From Fervidobacterium sp. (GTDB taxonomy: Bacteria > Thermotogota > Thermotogae > Thermotogales > Fervidobacteriaceae): a stretch of 52,306 nt of DNA. The stretch lies in contig JBMFNR010000002.1 in the NCBI GenBank assembly GCA_049970055.1, positions 1 to 52,306 of the forward strand, read 5' to 3'. Shown here one piece after another: positions 36,893-45,986 of the stretch; position 1 is the first letter of the stretch, and every line of letters starts with the position of its first letter. A program made the translations under genes and the position numbers. Below the pieces are notes generated by a model. It had not been told where the DNA came from. It saw nothing but the letters and a program-made list of their open reading frames with translations, and made no database searches.

Positions 36893-38191
36893 GTGAGAAA
36901 ATTGAGCCTGTTAACTTTGTTATTTGTCTTTCTGCTCGTAGTAGCTGTATTTTCGCAAAGTGGAAATGTGATAGGTTATTTTGAATTGAATGGTCAACCG
37001 CTTACTTCCACCCAAGTCTTAGATGATGAAGTGCAAACATTCTATGAATATTATCTTGACTACTACGGTAGTTTCGACCCACTTTTCGAAGAACCATACG
37101 TCAGAGCTTTCATAATAAACCGATTATTAAGGGAAAAAGTCAAAGAATACTTTGCTGATGTTGAAAATTTATCTTTAGAACAATTCAAAGAAAAGTATTC
37201 TGCCGTTAGCGAAAGAGAAATGCAAGATTACTATAGTGAAAATAGGGACCAATTAACGGAAGAAAATGAATATGTAGACATTGATTACGTTGTTTTCGAA
37301 ACAGAGCAGCAAGCTCAAGAATTTTACAATAGAGCTTCCCAGGTAGGGTTTCAAAAAGCTCTAGAAGAAGCAAGCAATGTAGAGCATGGTTCCTACGATG
37401 GTTTGAAAAAGTCTGAAACTGGTGAACAATTCATCGATGTGCTTTTTGGAAAGTACGAAGGTAAACTCAGAATACAATTTACAGATAATGGACACTTTGT
37501 ATTTCTCATCAGAAACCATAATGATTTTTCGACATTTGAAAAATTCAAAGAATCTCCAAGTTACGAAGAAATTCAACAAAAGCTTAGCGAGCAGAAGCTT
37601 GATGCTTATGTTGATTCAAAGATTGAAACCCATGGATTAAAAATTTTTGTGCCTGAATCGTATTCAATTTGGCTCGATTACGTTCGCAGTAAAGATTTTG
37701 AGGATATAATATCATCGTACTATTCAAACATTTTCAACCCAGACCACTCAGTTAAAACAGATAACCCATGGCTAATCGCAGGTTTCGTATTCGTCGTAGA
37801 AGATGGAAAATTAACAGAGAAATACCAAGATGAATACAAAGCAGCAGTTGAAAAGCTTTACTCAATGGGTTACAAGAACTTTTCCGTTCTTGCAAGACAA
37901 AGACAATTTGATAGTTCAGAAAAACTGGTTCTTGAATACAATATTGAATTATCAAAAATACTTCTTAGCCACATTAAAAACGAAGATATAATGTCTGTAT
38001 TGCAATACATTTACAATAACCTTGCAGAACTTGAGCAATTGACCGCTTCTAAAGATACACAAATAAGACAAAGGGCAATGGAATACCTCTACTATATGTA
38101 CAAAGCACTCGGTGAAGAAGATACCGCAAATGAATATTATGACAAACTTTTGCAAGAAAACCCGAGTTACCAATTTGAAATGGAGGAATAA
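36893..38191 (+). CDS. Secreted paralog of the upstream foldase-like protein
   Basis: Signal peptide; DPLFEEPYV versus [23 protein letters not shown] versus [17 protein letters not shown]-like C-terminus. GGAGGTG RBS before GTG 36893. Confidence 0.6.
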   Translation: MRKLSLLTLLFVFLLVVAVFSQSGNVIGYFELNGQPLTSTQVLDDEVQTFYEYYLDYYGSFDPLFEEPYVRAFIINRLLREKVKEYFADVENLSLEQFKEKYSAVSEREMQDYYSENRDQLTEENEYVDIDYVVFETEQQAQEFYNRASQVGFQKALEEASNVEHGSYDGLKKSETGEQFIDVLFGKYEGKLRIQFTDNGHFVFLIRNHNDFSTFEKFKESPSYEEIQQKLSEQKLDAYVDSKIETHGLKIFVPESYSIWLDYVRSKDFEDIISSYYSNIFNPDHSVKTDNPWLIAGFVFVVEDGKLTEKYQDEYKAAVEKLYSMGYKNFSVLARQRQFDSSEKLVLEYNIELSKILLSHIKNEDIMSVLQYIYNNLAELEQLTASKDTQIRQRAMEYLYYMYKALGEEDTANEYYDKLLQENPSYQFEMEE

Positions 38192-38214
38192 CAATCAACT
38201 ATGGAGGTGAGCTG

Positions 38215-38859
38215 ATGCACTGGGTTATAACTGGTGCAAGCCGCGGAATTGGGCTTGCCCTTACGAAGCAACTGCTGAACGAGGGGGAAGAAGTAACCGT
38301 TGGAATTCGTACTTCAATGCCTATAGAACATCCGAAATTAAACGTACTTAAGCTCGAAATTTCAGATTCTATTTCGATTAGTGAATTTGTCTCGAAAATC
38401 GATAAACCCGTGGATGTACTAATAAACAATGCAGGCATACTAATCGAAGAAAGATTTCCAGATGTTACTGAAGAAAGTATGCTGCTATCTTTTAAAGTAA
38501 ACACCATGGGCCCGTACGTGCTCATTCAAGAACTATTTAAATCAAACAAGCTAAAAGATGGGGCTAAGATAGTGAACATATCAAGCATACTTGGTAGTAT
38601 AACAAACACGGGAGTAACTACTTCAATACCGTACTCAATTTCAAAAGCGGCTCTGAATATGGTGACAAAATTAGTGGCTCACAAATTAAAGAAGATGTAC
38701 GTAATTTCAATGCACCCTGGCTGGGTTAAAACAGACATGGGAGGAGCGAATGCACCAGTGCTACCTGAAGAATCAGCAGCTGGTATAATTAAGGTAATAA
38801 GAACATTTGATAAAACGGGATTTTTCTTAGATTACACTGGAAAGATGATTGAATGGTGA
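38215..38859 (+). CDS. SDR family oxidoreductase (C-factor/CsgA-like)
   Basis: TGASRGIG, LINNAG, NISSILGS, YSISKAALN, HPGWVKTDMGG. Confidence 0.92.
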   Translation: MHWVITGASRGIGLALTKQLLNEGEEVTVGIRTSMPIEHPKLNVLKLEISDSISISEFVSKIDKPVDVLINNAGILIEERFPDVTEESMLLSFKVNTMGPYVLIQELFKSNKLKDGAKIVNISSILGSITNTGVTTSIPYSISKAALNMVTKLVAHKLKKMYVISMHPGWVKTDMGGANAPVLPEESAAGIIKVIRTFDKTGFFLDYTGKMIEW

Positions 38860-38889
38860 TAGGATAAAAAGACAAAACGTGGGGGTTGG

Positions 38890-40176
38890 ATGATGAATAT
38901 TAAGAGAGCTCTCATAAGTGTTTCCGATAAAACGAATCTAGTGGAATTTGCAAAAGCGCTTTCCGAAAGAGGTGTCGAAATAATAAGTACCGGTGGTACG
39001 ACAAAGACTTTGTTGAACGCAGGTATACTTGTTAAGCAAGTTTCAGAAGTAACAGACTTTCCTGAAATTTTAGGTGGGAGGGTAAAGACACTCCACCCTA
39101 AGATTTTTGGTGGTATTCTTGCAGATTTATCAGATAAAACACACGTCAAACACCTAAAAGATAACGAAATTGAACCAATAGATCTTGTGGTTGTAAACCT
39201 CTATCCATTTGATGAAGTACAGAAAAAAACAAGAGATGAAGATGTTTTAATTGAAAATATTGATATCGGTGGCGTTGCACTCTTAAGAGCTGCAGCAAAA
39301 AATCACAGAAATGTAGTTGTTGTATGTGATCCATCCGATTACGATAAAGTTATTAAGTCAATAGATTCATGTGGTGATGTGCAATTACACGATCGCAGAA
39401 TGTTTGCACTGAAAGCTTTTTATCACACTATGAAATACGATGCGACCATACACAGGGTTTTGTCTGAGTTATTCGCTTCTGAAAAATTCGAACATATGAC
39501 CTTCGAAAAATTCATGAACCCGCAATTTGATTACGAGGTACTGGACAAAGTTGGGGAAAGATTCATAAAACTATCCAAGTACACAGACACATCTATTGCG
39601 ATAATCACCGGGGCAATTCTGAATTTCATAAACAAAAATCTTCTGGTTGGTTTTACCGGAAACTTACCATCATCAGTCGTTGATCTGGAAAAGTCCGGTA
39701 AGCGTATCTGCAACATAACAGGAGAAGTTGTTACTCTAAGATTTCTCACAAATGACATGGTAAGGAAGTTAAAAGAAAGTACATTTAGCACTGTTGCTTA
39801 CGAAAAAGTTGAAGATATCGAATTTGCGAAAGAAACGTTAAAAGATAAAGAGTTAATTCAGTATGAATACCTTAACATCCCTACTAAGTTATCTACAAGT
39901 AACATGGTAGAGAACATAATGCTCAAGAAATACTTAGAGAGTAGCTCAGAAATTAGCTTAATTTTGAAAATTCTACCGAAATACGCAGTAGTAATTTCCA
40001 CTGATGATGGTTATTACCTGATTCAGATCGATTTAAATAATCCCGTCGAGGCACTTGAAAGACTTATCCAAAAAATTTCGACGAAACCTGTAATGGTTGC
40101 AACAAATGGAACTATAGATTCACTATTTAAAAAGATATGCCAAGAAAATGGAATCAACGTTCTTTACAGTCTATGA
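38890..40176 (+). CDS. purH: PurH-derived protein: intact IMP cyclohydrolase domain, degenerate AICAR transformylase domain
   Basis: RALISVSDK, STGGT, GRVKTLHP, VNLYPF, ENIDIGG…RAAAKN are present; transformylase signatures are not recognisable in the C-terminal half. Confidence 0.8.
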   Translation: MMNIKRALISVSDKTNLVEFAKALSERGVEIISTGGTTKTLLNAGILVKQVSEVTDFPEILGGRVKTLHPKIFGGILADLSDKTHVKHLKDNEIEPIDLVVVNLYPFDEVQKKTRDEDVLIENIDIGGVALLRAAAKNHRNVVVVCDPSDYDKVIKSIDSCGDVQLHDRRMFALKAFYHTMKYDATIHRVLSELFASEKFEHMTFEKFMNPQFDYEVLDKVGERFIKLSKYTDTSIAIITGAILNFINKNLLVGFTGNLPSSVVDLEKSGKRICNITGEVVTLRFLTNDMVRKLKESTFSTVAYEKVEDIEFAKETLKDKELIQYEYLNIPTKLSTSNMVENIMLKKYLESSSEISLILKILPKYAVVISTDDGYYLIQIDLNNPVEALERLIQKISTKPVMVATNGTIDSLFKKICQENGINVLYSL

Positions 40177-40232
40177 AAGAGTAAAAAAGGTGTATAAAAT
40201 AAACTGGTGTGTAAAATACTAGCAAGGTAGGT

Positions 40233-40974
40233 ATGGTAGAGTTGAATCAATCGTATGAATATTACAATTATATCGCCAAATATATCGCCAAAATATACGA
40301 TTCGTTGTACATGGACAATTATTGGATAAATGCAAGGGCTCAAACCGAAATGCTTCTTAAAAAGTACGTTCCAATTTTTAACGATAAAAGAGTACTTGAT
40401 ATGACTCCAGTACAGGGCAATGGGCCTTGTGGGCTGTTCAAAATGGTGCTTATGTAACTTCAGTCGAGCCTGCTCAGCATATGCTTGAAATATCAAAATT
40501 AAAAAATCACATCTCAAAATGCGAATTTATATGCTCAAAGGCTGAAGAAATAGCCACTCACTTAAATCAAAAATACGATATAATATTTCTCTTTGGTGAT
40601 GTATTGAGTTACGTTGATGAACCCACGAAAGTACTATCTAATCTCAAAGACTTATCTAAGCGTGGTACGTTGATATTTGGAACATTCGATAATTTTTATG
40701 CCTATCTAAGAGATGTAATAATCTACGATACCAAAGCAGATTACGAATACTTCAAAAAATTTAGAAAACTACCAGTTGGGTCTGAACATGTTTTTTTCTA
40801 GTTCGTGCATTCTCCGATGAAGAAATAACAGAGCTTTTTGCAACATTCTTTATTAAAATCAACGAAATAGTTGCCGTATCGGTATTTAATGAGCTCAACT
40901 TGAACCTAAAATACACAAAATACTTAACCAAGGAAGCAGACCATTTGCTATTTGTTGGCGCGTACATTCAGTAG
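40233..40974 (+). pseudogene. Class I SAM-dependent methyltransferase, broken by two frameshifts
   Basis: VLD… continues in another frame as TGQWALWAVQNGA (break ~40410), then VEPAQHML…YDIIFLFGDVLSY; second break at the T7 run 40791-40797, resuming LVRAFSDEEI…YIQ* (TAG 40972-40974). Confidence 0.75.
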
Positions 40975-41068
40975 ATGTTCTAATAGATTTTTTAAGGAAC
41001 GTTTGAAAAGATTTTCAAAAATGTTTTCGAGAAAGTTTGAAGATTTGAAAAAATGTGAGGTGATGGTT

Positions 41069-42295
41069 GTGGGCTTGATTATCCAACTTATTGTTTTTTT
41101 GGTCATTATTCGAGCCGTGTGGGAAATTGGGCTTACCGTCACAAACGTATCTTACTCAACGAGTAAGAGTGCGAAGATACCGGATGTATTGTCTGATATA
41201 ATATCGAAAGAAAACTTTGAAAAGACCAAAAGTTATACAAAAGATCGTGCTAAGGTTTCAATCTATTTGAACATCGTTTCAACGATAGTTGAAATAATGT
41301 TCATACTGTTAGGATTCCCGTGGTTGGAAAAGATCGTAATCCAATTATCTTCGAATATATATATTCAAGCTCTTTTGTTCTTTGGTATATACGAACTAAT
41401 AGATTCCGCAATTAAAATACCTTTTGACGTGTACTCTATCTTCGTTATTGAGCAAAAATACGGTTTCAACACCACCACGCCAAAAACATTTACAAAAGAC
41501 AAAATACTATCGTTACTCTTAGTTGCCATTATTGGAGCGCCATTACTGTGTGCATTAATTTGGTTCCTATCAACATTCAGAACATGGTGGTGGCAAGTTT
41601 CAATACTTGCGATAACAATCATCACATTTTTCTCATACATCCAGCCAATACTTATAGCGCCTCTTTTTTATAAATTCACCGAACTTGAAGAAGGAACACT
41701 AAAAGAAAAGCTTAAGGCGTTACTCAAAAAGATTGGAATTGAGCCCAAAATTTACGTCATGAACGCATCAAAACGTACAAAAAAGCACAATGCTTATCTT
41801 ACAGGTATGGGTACGTCAAGAAGACTAGTCTTATACGACAACATTCTCTCTCAATCGGATGAAGAAATATTAGCCGTCGTTGCTCACGAGCTTGGTCATC
41901 ATGCGCACAAACACATACCTAAACTGATTGCCCTTTCGGGGTTATCTATAACATTTACGATGTTTATAGTAAACCAAATCTACAACCTTCTTAACGTAAC
42001 AAGACCTTTTGATATTTCTCGTCCATACACAATCATCGCGTACGCTTTTATATTTGCTAGCTCGATTCTGTACTTTCTAATGCCTCTGTTTAACTACCTG
42101 GAAAGAAAAATGGAATATCAAGCTGACGAATATTCGGCCAAACATACACAACCTTCATATCTGATTTCCGCTTTAAAAAAACTAGTGAGAGATAACCTCT
42201 CAAATCCAAATCCGCTTGAGATTTACAAAATATGGTACTACAATCACCCTTCACCCGAGGAAAGAATTAGAAAACTAATGATCTTAGAAAAGTGA
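41069..42295 (+). CDS. M48 family (Ste24/CAAX-type) zinc metallopeptidase
   Basis: FVIEQKYGFN, IAPLFYKF, NAYLTGMG…LVLYD, AHELGH, EYQAD, HPSPEERI. GAGGTG RBS favours a start at 41063/41069. Confidence 0.92.
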   Translation: MGLIIQLIVFLVIIRAVWEIGLTVTNVSYSTSKSAKIPDVLSDIISKENFEKTKSYTKDRAKVSIYLNIVSTIVEIMFILLGFPWLEKIVIQLSSNIYIQALLFFGIYELIDSAIKIPFDVYSIFVIEQKYGFNTTTPKTFTKDKILSLLLVAIIGAPLLCALIWFLSTFRTWWWQVSILAITIITFFSYIQPILIAPLFYKFTELEEGTLKEKLKALLKKIGIEPKIYVMNASKRTKKHNAYLTGMGTSRRLVLYDNILSQSDEEILAVVAHELGHHAHKHIPKLIALSGLSITFTMFIVNQIYNLLNVTRPFDISRPYTIIAYAFIFASSILYFLMPLFNYLERKMEYQADEYSAKHTQPSYLISALKKLVRDNLSNPNPLEIYKIWYYNHPSPEERIRKLMILEK

Positions 42296-42301
42296 AAAAA
42301 T

Positions 42302-42350
42302 AAAATATATCCCCGCCATGCTGCTGGAATACGTTGCGGGGATATATTTT
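42302..42350. terminator. Bidirectional intrinsic terminator
   Basis: aaaatatatccccgc-N19-gcggggatatatttt, perfect 15-bp stem between convergent genes. Confidence 0.8.
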
Positions 42351-42409
42351 GATAGTTTTTTTAGTACACTTTCAAGTGTTTCGTATATTTTTGCACATTT
42401 TGTGCATTT

Positions 42410-43444
42410 TCATTTGATAATTTCTTCCCAAGCCTTATTGTACAAGTCGATTTTTTCACCTATGTAATCTATTATTTCGCAATTTTCAAGATCTGACAAT
42501 TCGTATATATCCTTTTGCTTTTTGTACTTTTTGGCATCAGTAACAGGTGAAGCAATCATGAGGAAATCAGAAATCTTTGCCGCAATCTCTGGTTTGAGGA
42601 TAAAGTTAATAAATTTATACGCAAGGTCCTTGTTTTTCGCATCTTTGAGGATTACCATATTATCGATCCACAGTGTTCCCCCCTCTTTTGGTACAAAAAA
42701 TTCAAAGTTTTCTAATTCATCTTCCGGAATAAGCTGAAATACATTTTCTGGATAACCATGAACAACCCAGAATTCACCGTTTACAACCCCTTGAGCATAC
42801 GTTGTAGCATCAAATTTAACTATATTCTCCTTCCACCTCAAAATCACTTGCTTTGCTTTTTCTATTTCTTCTGGATTTGTGGTGTTAACAGAATATCCAA
42901 GATACTTCAACGCCGCACCAAAAACTTCTCTCATGTCGTCAAGTAATGTCATCTTATCCTTCAAATTTGGGTTCTCAAAAATACTCCAAGATTTTTGAAA
43001 ATCCTTCACGTATTTTTTATTTACAATCACACCAGTAGTGCCCATCATGTAAGGTACGGAGTATTCGTGGTTTGGATCGTAAGTAGTCTTCTCTAAAACT
43101 CTTGGATCTAAATTTTTAAAATTCGGAATTTTACTTAAATCCAATTTCTCGAGTATTCCATCGTTTATCATCATTCTCACGTGGTCACCAGATGGAAATA
43201 CGATGTCGTACCCGGAATTGGCTTGCTTTAGCTTTGAGTACATCTCTTCGTTTGAAGAATAAGTGTCGTAAATGATTTTGCAGTTGTACTCTTTTTCAAA
43301 CTCTTCAATAACCTCCTGAGGTATGTAGTCTGCCCAGTTGTATATGTGCAAAACGTTCGACTTACTACAACTAAAGAATGCAGGTATCAAAGAAATGAAA
43401 ATTAAAGAAACTACCAAAATGCTCATTTTCCCAAACTCCTTCAT
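42410..43444 (-). CDS. potD: Spermidine/putrescine-binding lipoprotein (PotD/PotF family)
   Basis: FFSC lipobox; YNWADYI, YSSNEEM, YDIVFPS, YSVPYMMG, LDDMRE, PKEGGTLWIDN. Confidence 0.9.
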   Translation of the reverse strand: MKEFGKMSILVVSLIFISLIPAFFSCSKSNVLHIYNWADYIPQEVIEEFEKEYNCKIIYDTYSSNEEMYSKLKQANSGYDIVFPSGDHVRMMINDGILEKLDLSKIPNFKNLDPRVLEKTTYDPNHEYSVPYMMGTTGVIVNKKYVKDFQKSWSIFENPNLKDKMTLLDDMREVFGAALKYLGYSVNTTNPEEIEKAKQVILRWKENIVKFDATTYAQGVVNGEFWVVHGYPENVFQLIPEDELENFEFFVPKEGGTLWIDNMVILKDAKNKDLAYKFINFILKPEIAAKISDFLMIASPVTDAKKYKKQKDIYELSDLENCEIIDYIGEKIDLYNKAWEEIIK

Positions 43445-43523
43445 CTCATATCCTCCCTTCTTTAATATTAGAATCTCCTACAATATATTACAATCTATAT
43501 TAATTAGACCAAACTACTAATTT

Positions 43524-44450
43524 TTATGGTATCATGTTACCAGCTGAAATGTACAATCCATACCATTCTTCTCGCGTGAGCCAAACTTCCGTTGCTTGGA
43601 CTATCGAGCGTAATCTGTCCGCATTCGTTGTACCAACTATAGCTTGAATTTTCGCAGGGTGCCTTAAAATCCATGCTATAGCTATTGCCTCTTTCGAAAC
43701 GCCATACTTCCTAGCAAGTTCACTAAGCTTTTTATTCAATTTCTCATACTTTGGATCGTCAATAAACACACCTCGTATATTTCCGTATTCATCGCCCCAT
43801 TGGAATGGTGACCACGCTTGAATTGTTATGTTCTTTATCCTAGAATATTCAAGTACGCTTCCATCCCTATTTATCGATTGTGGAAATTTCGTATTTGTGA
43901 ATATACCGAAATCAATCATACCAGTATTGGTAAGGCTTAACTGAAGTTGGTTAACAAGTATTTTGTGGTTTATTGCCGTACTTAATAGCTCAATTTGCAT
44001 GGGGTTAAAGTTACTCACACCGAAGTATCTCACCATACCTCGGCTATGCAAATACAAAAACGCTTCACCAACTTCCTCTGGTTCCATCAGCGTATCTGGT
44101 CGGTGCAAAAGTAAAATATCTATGTAATCGGTTTTCAAGCGTTTTAGGCTTCTCTCAACGGAAGAGATGATATGTTCTTTTGAAAAATCATAGAACTCGT
44201 TTCTTATACCACATTTTGTTTGAAGAATAATCTTATCCCTTGGAATCTTTATATAACTCAACGCCTGTGCAAAAACCTCTTCGGACGCTCCACCACCATA
44301 AATGTCTGCGTGATCGAAAAAGTTAATTCCAACTTCCAAAGCCGTATTAATTAACTTAACAACATCTTCTATAGGCTTATCCCATATCCTCATGCAACCT
44401 AATCCAATAGCAGGAACGTCGATTTCTCCACCAAGTTTAATGTACTTCAT
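43524..44450 (-). CDS. Aldo/keto reductase (YdhF/YcsN-like)
   Basis: GLGCMR, FFDHADIYG, TKCGI, SLKRLKTDYID…HRPD, GVSNF, QAWSP, AWILRHP; GGAGG RBS before ATG 44450. Confidence 0.92.
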   Translation of the reverse strand: MKYIKLGGEIDVPAIGLGCMRIWDKPIEDVVKLINTALEVGINFFDHADIYGGGASEEVFAQALSYIKIPRDKIILQTKCGIRNEFYDFSKEHIISSVERSLKRLKTDYIDILLLHRPDTLMEPEEVGEAFLYLHSRGMVRYFGVSNFNPMQIELLSTAINHKILVNQLQLSLTNTGMIDFGIFTNTKFPQSINRDGSVLEYSRIKNITIQAWSPFQWGDEYGNIRGVFIDDPKYEKLNKKLSELARKYGVSKEAIAIAWILRHPAKIQAIVGTTNADRLRSIVQATEVWLTREEWYGLYISAGNMIP

Positions 44451-44484
44451 ACAACCTCCCCCCTGTTTGAAAGATGTTACTGGT

Positions 44485-44493
44485 ATTATACCA
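44485..44493 (-). promoter_or_regulatory. Putative extended -10 promoter for the aldo/keto reductase
   Basis: Minus strand TG-G-TATAAT, ~35 nt upstream of ATG 44450. Confidence 0.5.
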
Positions 44494-44648
44494 CGAAACA
44501 TATTACAGATTAAAGCTAAATTCCCGTACTGTGAAGGCACACAAGTAATACAATGCAACCGAAAGTACAAATGCTTGCAAACGCATTAAAAGAGTCGAAA
44601 TTGAGCAGAATAAATTAAAACACATTTTAATCTAAGACTTTGGAAATC

Positions 44649-44677
44649 TTCTCAAAAGATGTTTCAAGTTGTATAAT
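44649..44677 (+). promoter_or_regulatory. Putative sigma-70 promoter for the cob leader
   Basis: TTCTCA-17 nt-TATAAT immediately before the riboswitch. Confidence 0.55.
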
Positions 44678-44678
44678 A

Positions 44679-44842
44679 AAGGTGAGATAGCCAAGCTATC
44701 CAATGTGCCGGGAACACCGGTGAAAATCCGGGACTGCCCAGCAACCGTGAGTGGGGACGAAACTCACACTATGCCACTGGCGAAAGCCGGGAAGGCGTGA
44801 GGAGTAGATTGATCCACGAGTCGGGAGACCGACATTGGATAG
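44679..44842 (+). ncRNA. Cobalamin riboswitch aptamer
   Basis: GGGAAcaCCGGTGAAAATCCGGgACTGCCC…GCAACCGTGA, GCCACTG-gcgaaagc-CGGGAAGGC and B12-box GAGTCGGGAGACC, upstream of cob genes. Confidence 0.93.
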
Positions 44843-44847
44843 ATACG

Positions 44848-44893
44848 TTTCCTGGGATCTTGGGATCCTCAGGAAATTTTGTTTTTTACTTTT
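44848..44893 (+). terminator. Riboswitch expression-platform hairpin with U-rich tail
   Basis: tttcctgggatc-ttgg-gatcctcaggaaa followed by ttttgttttttactttt. Confidence 0.7.
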
Positions 44894-44936
44894 AATTTAC
44901 GAAATTAACACTGTAAACTAAAAAAGGGGGATAGTT

Positions 44937-45986
44937 ATGGATAGCGAGATTGTTAAATCAAAAGAGAAGTTACGTACTGAAATACTCAAAAGGCTAAATA
45001 GCCTGACAAAGCCTATCGGTAGCCTTGGATACTTAGAAGAAATAGCATTAAAAATGGGACTTATCCAAGGTAAAGTTATTCCAGACTTACCAAAGGACAA
45101 AAGGGTATACGTTTTCACTTCAGACCACGGTGTTGTTGAACAAGGAGTTTCAGCGTATCCCAAAGAAGTCACAAAACAGATGGTGTATAACTTTCTTAAC
45201 GGAGGAGCAGCTATCAACGTTTTTGCAAGGCATGTTAATGCGAAAGTATACGTTGTAGATGCGGGGGTAGATGGAGATTTTCAAGTTGATTCACCTTACC
45301 TCATTAATGCAAAGATAGGATACGGTACACACGACTTCACAAAAGGACCAGCGATGACCCCAGAGCAAGCGAAGATGTGTATCGAACATGGAAGAAAAAT
45401 AGCCAAAGAATCTATCGAAGATGGTGCTGATTTGCTTGCTATCGGTGATATGGGAATAGGCAATACAACTACCGCAACGGCAATTGCTGTTGCTTTTGGT
45501 TTCAACATCGATCAAGTTATAGATATAGGTACACCCATAGATTCTGAAACACTTAGAAGCAAAAAGGAAGCTGTCTTAAAGGCTATAGAAATTAATAAGC
45601 CCATAAGCTCTGATCCGATGGATGTACTTTACAAAGTGGGAGGATTTTGCATAGGACAGATGGCAGGATTTATCTTGGAAGCAACTCAACAAGGTATACC
45701 AGTCATTATCGATGGTTTTCCAACAACCGCAGGCTTTTTATTGGCCTGGAAAATTGATCCCCAGGTAAAAGATTACGTTTTCGTAGGGCACATGTCAAAA
45801 GTTAAAGCACACAAAGCAATACTTGATACAATAGCTCTGAGACCTATCTTAAACCTTGACATGCGCCTTGGTGAAGGAACAGGCGCCGTACTTTCAATAC
45901 CAATAATCGAAGCTGCTATTAAGATGATCAGAGAAATGGCGACATTCGACGATGCGGGTGTTTCAAGAGGGAATGATCAGGTATGA
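44937..45986 (+). CDS. cobT: Nicotinate-nucleotide--dimethylbenzimidazole phosphoribosyltransferase
   Basis: LTKPIGSLGYLE, DHGV…GVSAYP, GGAAIN, GDMGIGNTT, IDGF, MRLGEGTGA, MATF. Confidence 0.96.
   Translation: MDSEIVKSKEKLRTEILKRLNSLTKPIGSLGYLEEIALKMGLIQGKVIPDLPKDKRVYVFTSDHGVVEQGVSAYPKEVTKQMVYNFLNGGAAINVFARHVNAKVYVVDAGVDGDFQVDSPYLINAKIGYGTHDFTKGPAMTPEQAKMCIEHGRKIAKESIEDGADLLAIGDMGIGNTTTATAIAVAFGFNIDQVIDIGTPIDSETLRSKKEAVLKAIEINKPISSDPMDVLYKVGGFCIGQMAGFILEATQQGIPVIIDGFPTTAGFLLAWKIDPQVKDYVFVGHMSKVKAHKAILDTIALRPILNLDMRLGEGTGAVLSIPIIEAAIKMIREMATFDDAGVSRGNDQV

Noticed and set aside
40791..40797. T7 tract as a phase-variation switch
   Set aside because: The tract is short and a second independent frameshift upstream would keep the gene off regardless.
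44451..44570. N-terminal extensions in the ORF track (aldo/keto reductase to 44570, M48 from 40952, HD from 24178, oppB to 22167, lysS from 33589)
   Set aside because: Better RBS-linked starts lie downstream, and the extensions cover promoter, RBS or neighbouring-gene sequence.
44500..44640. Intergenic stretch between the aldo/keto reductase and the riboswitch as a small RNA
   Set aside because: No stable stem or known motif seen; adequately explained as divergent promoter spacer.
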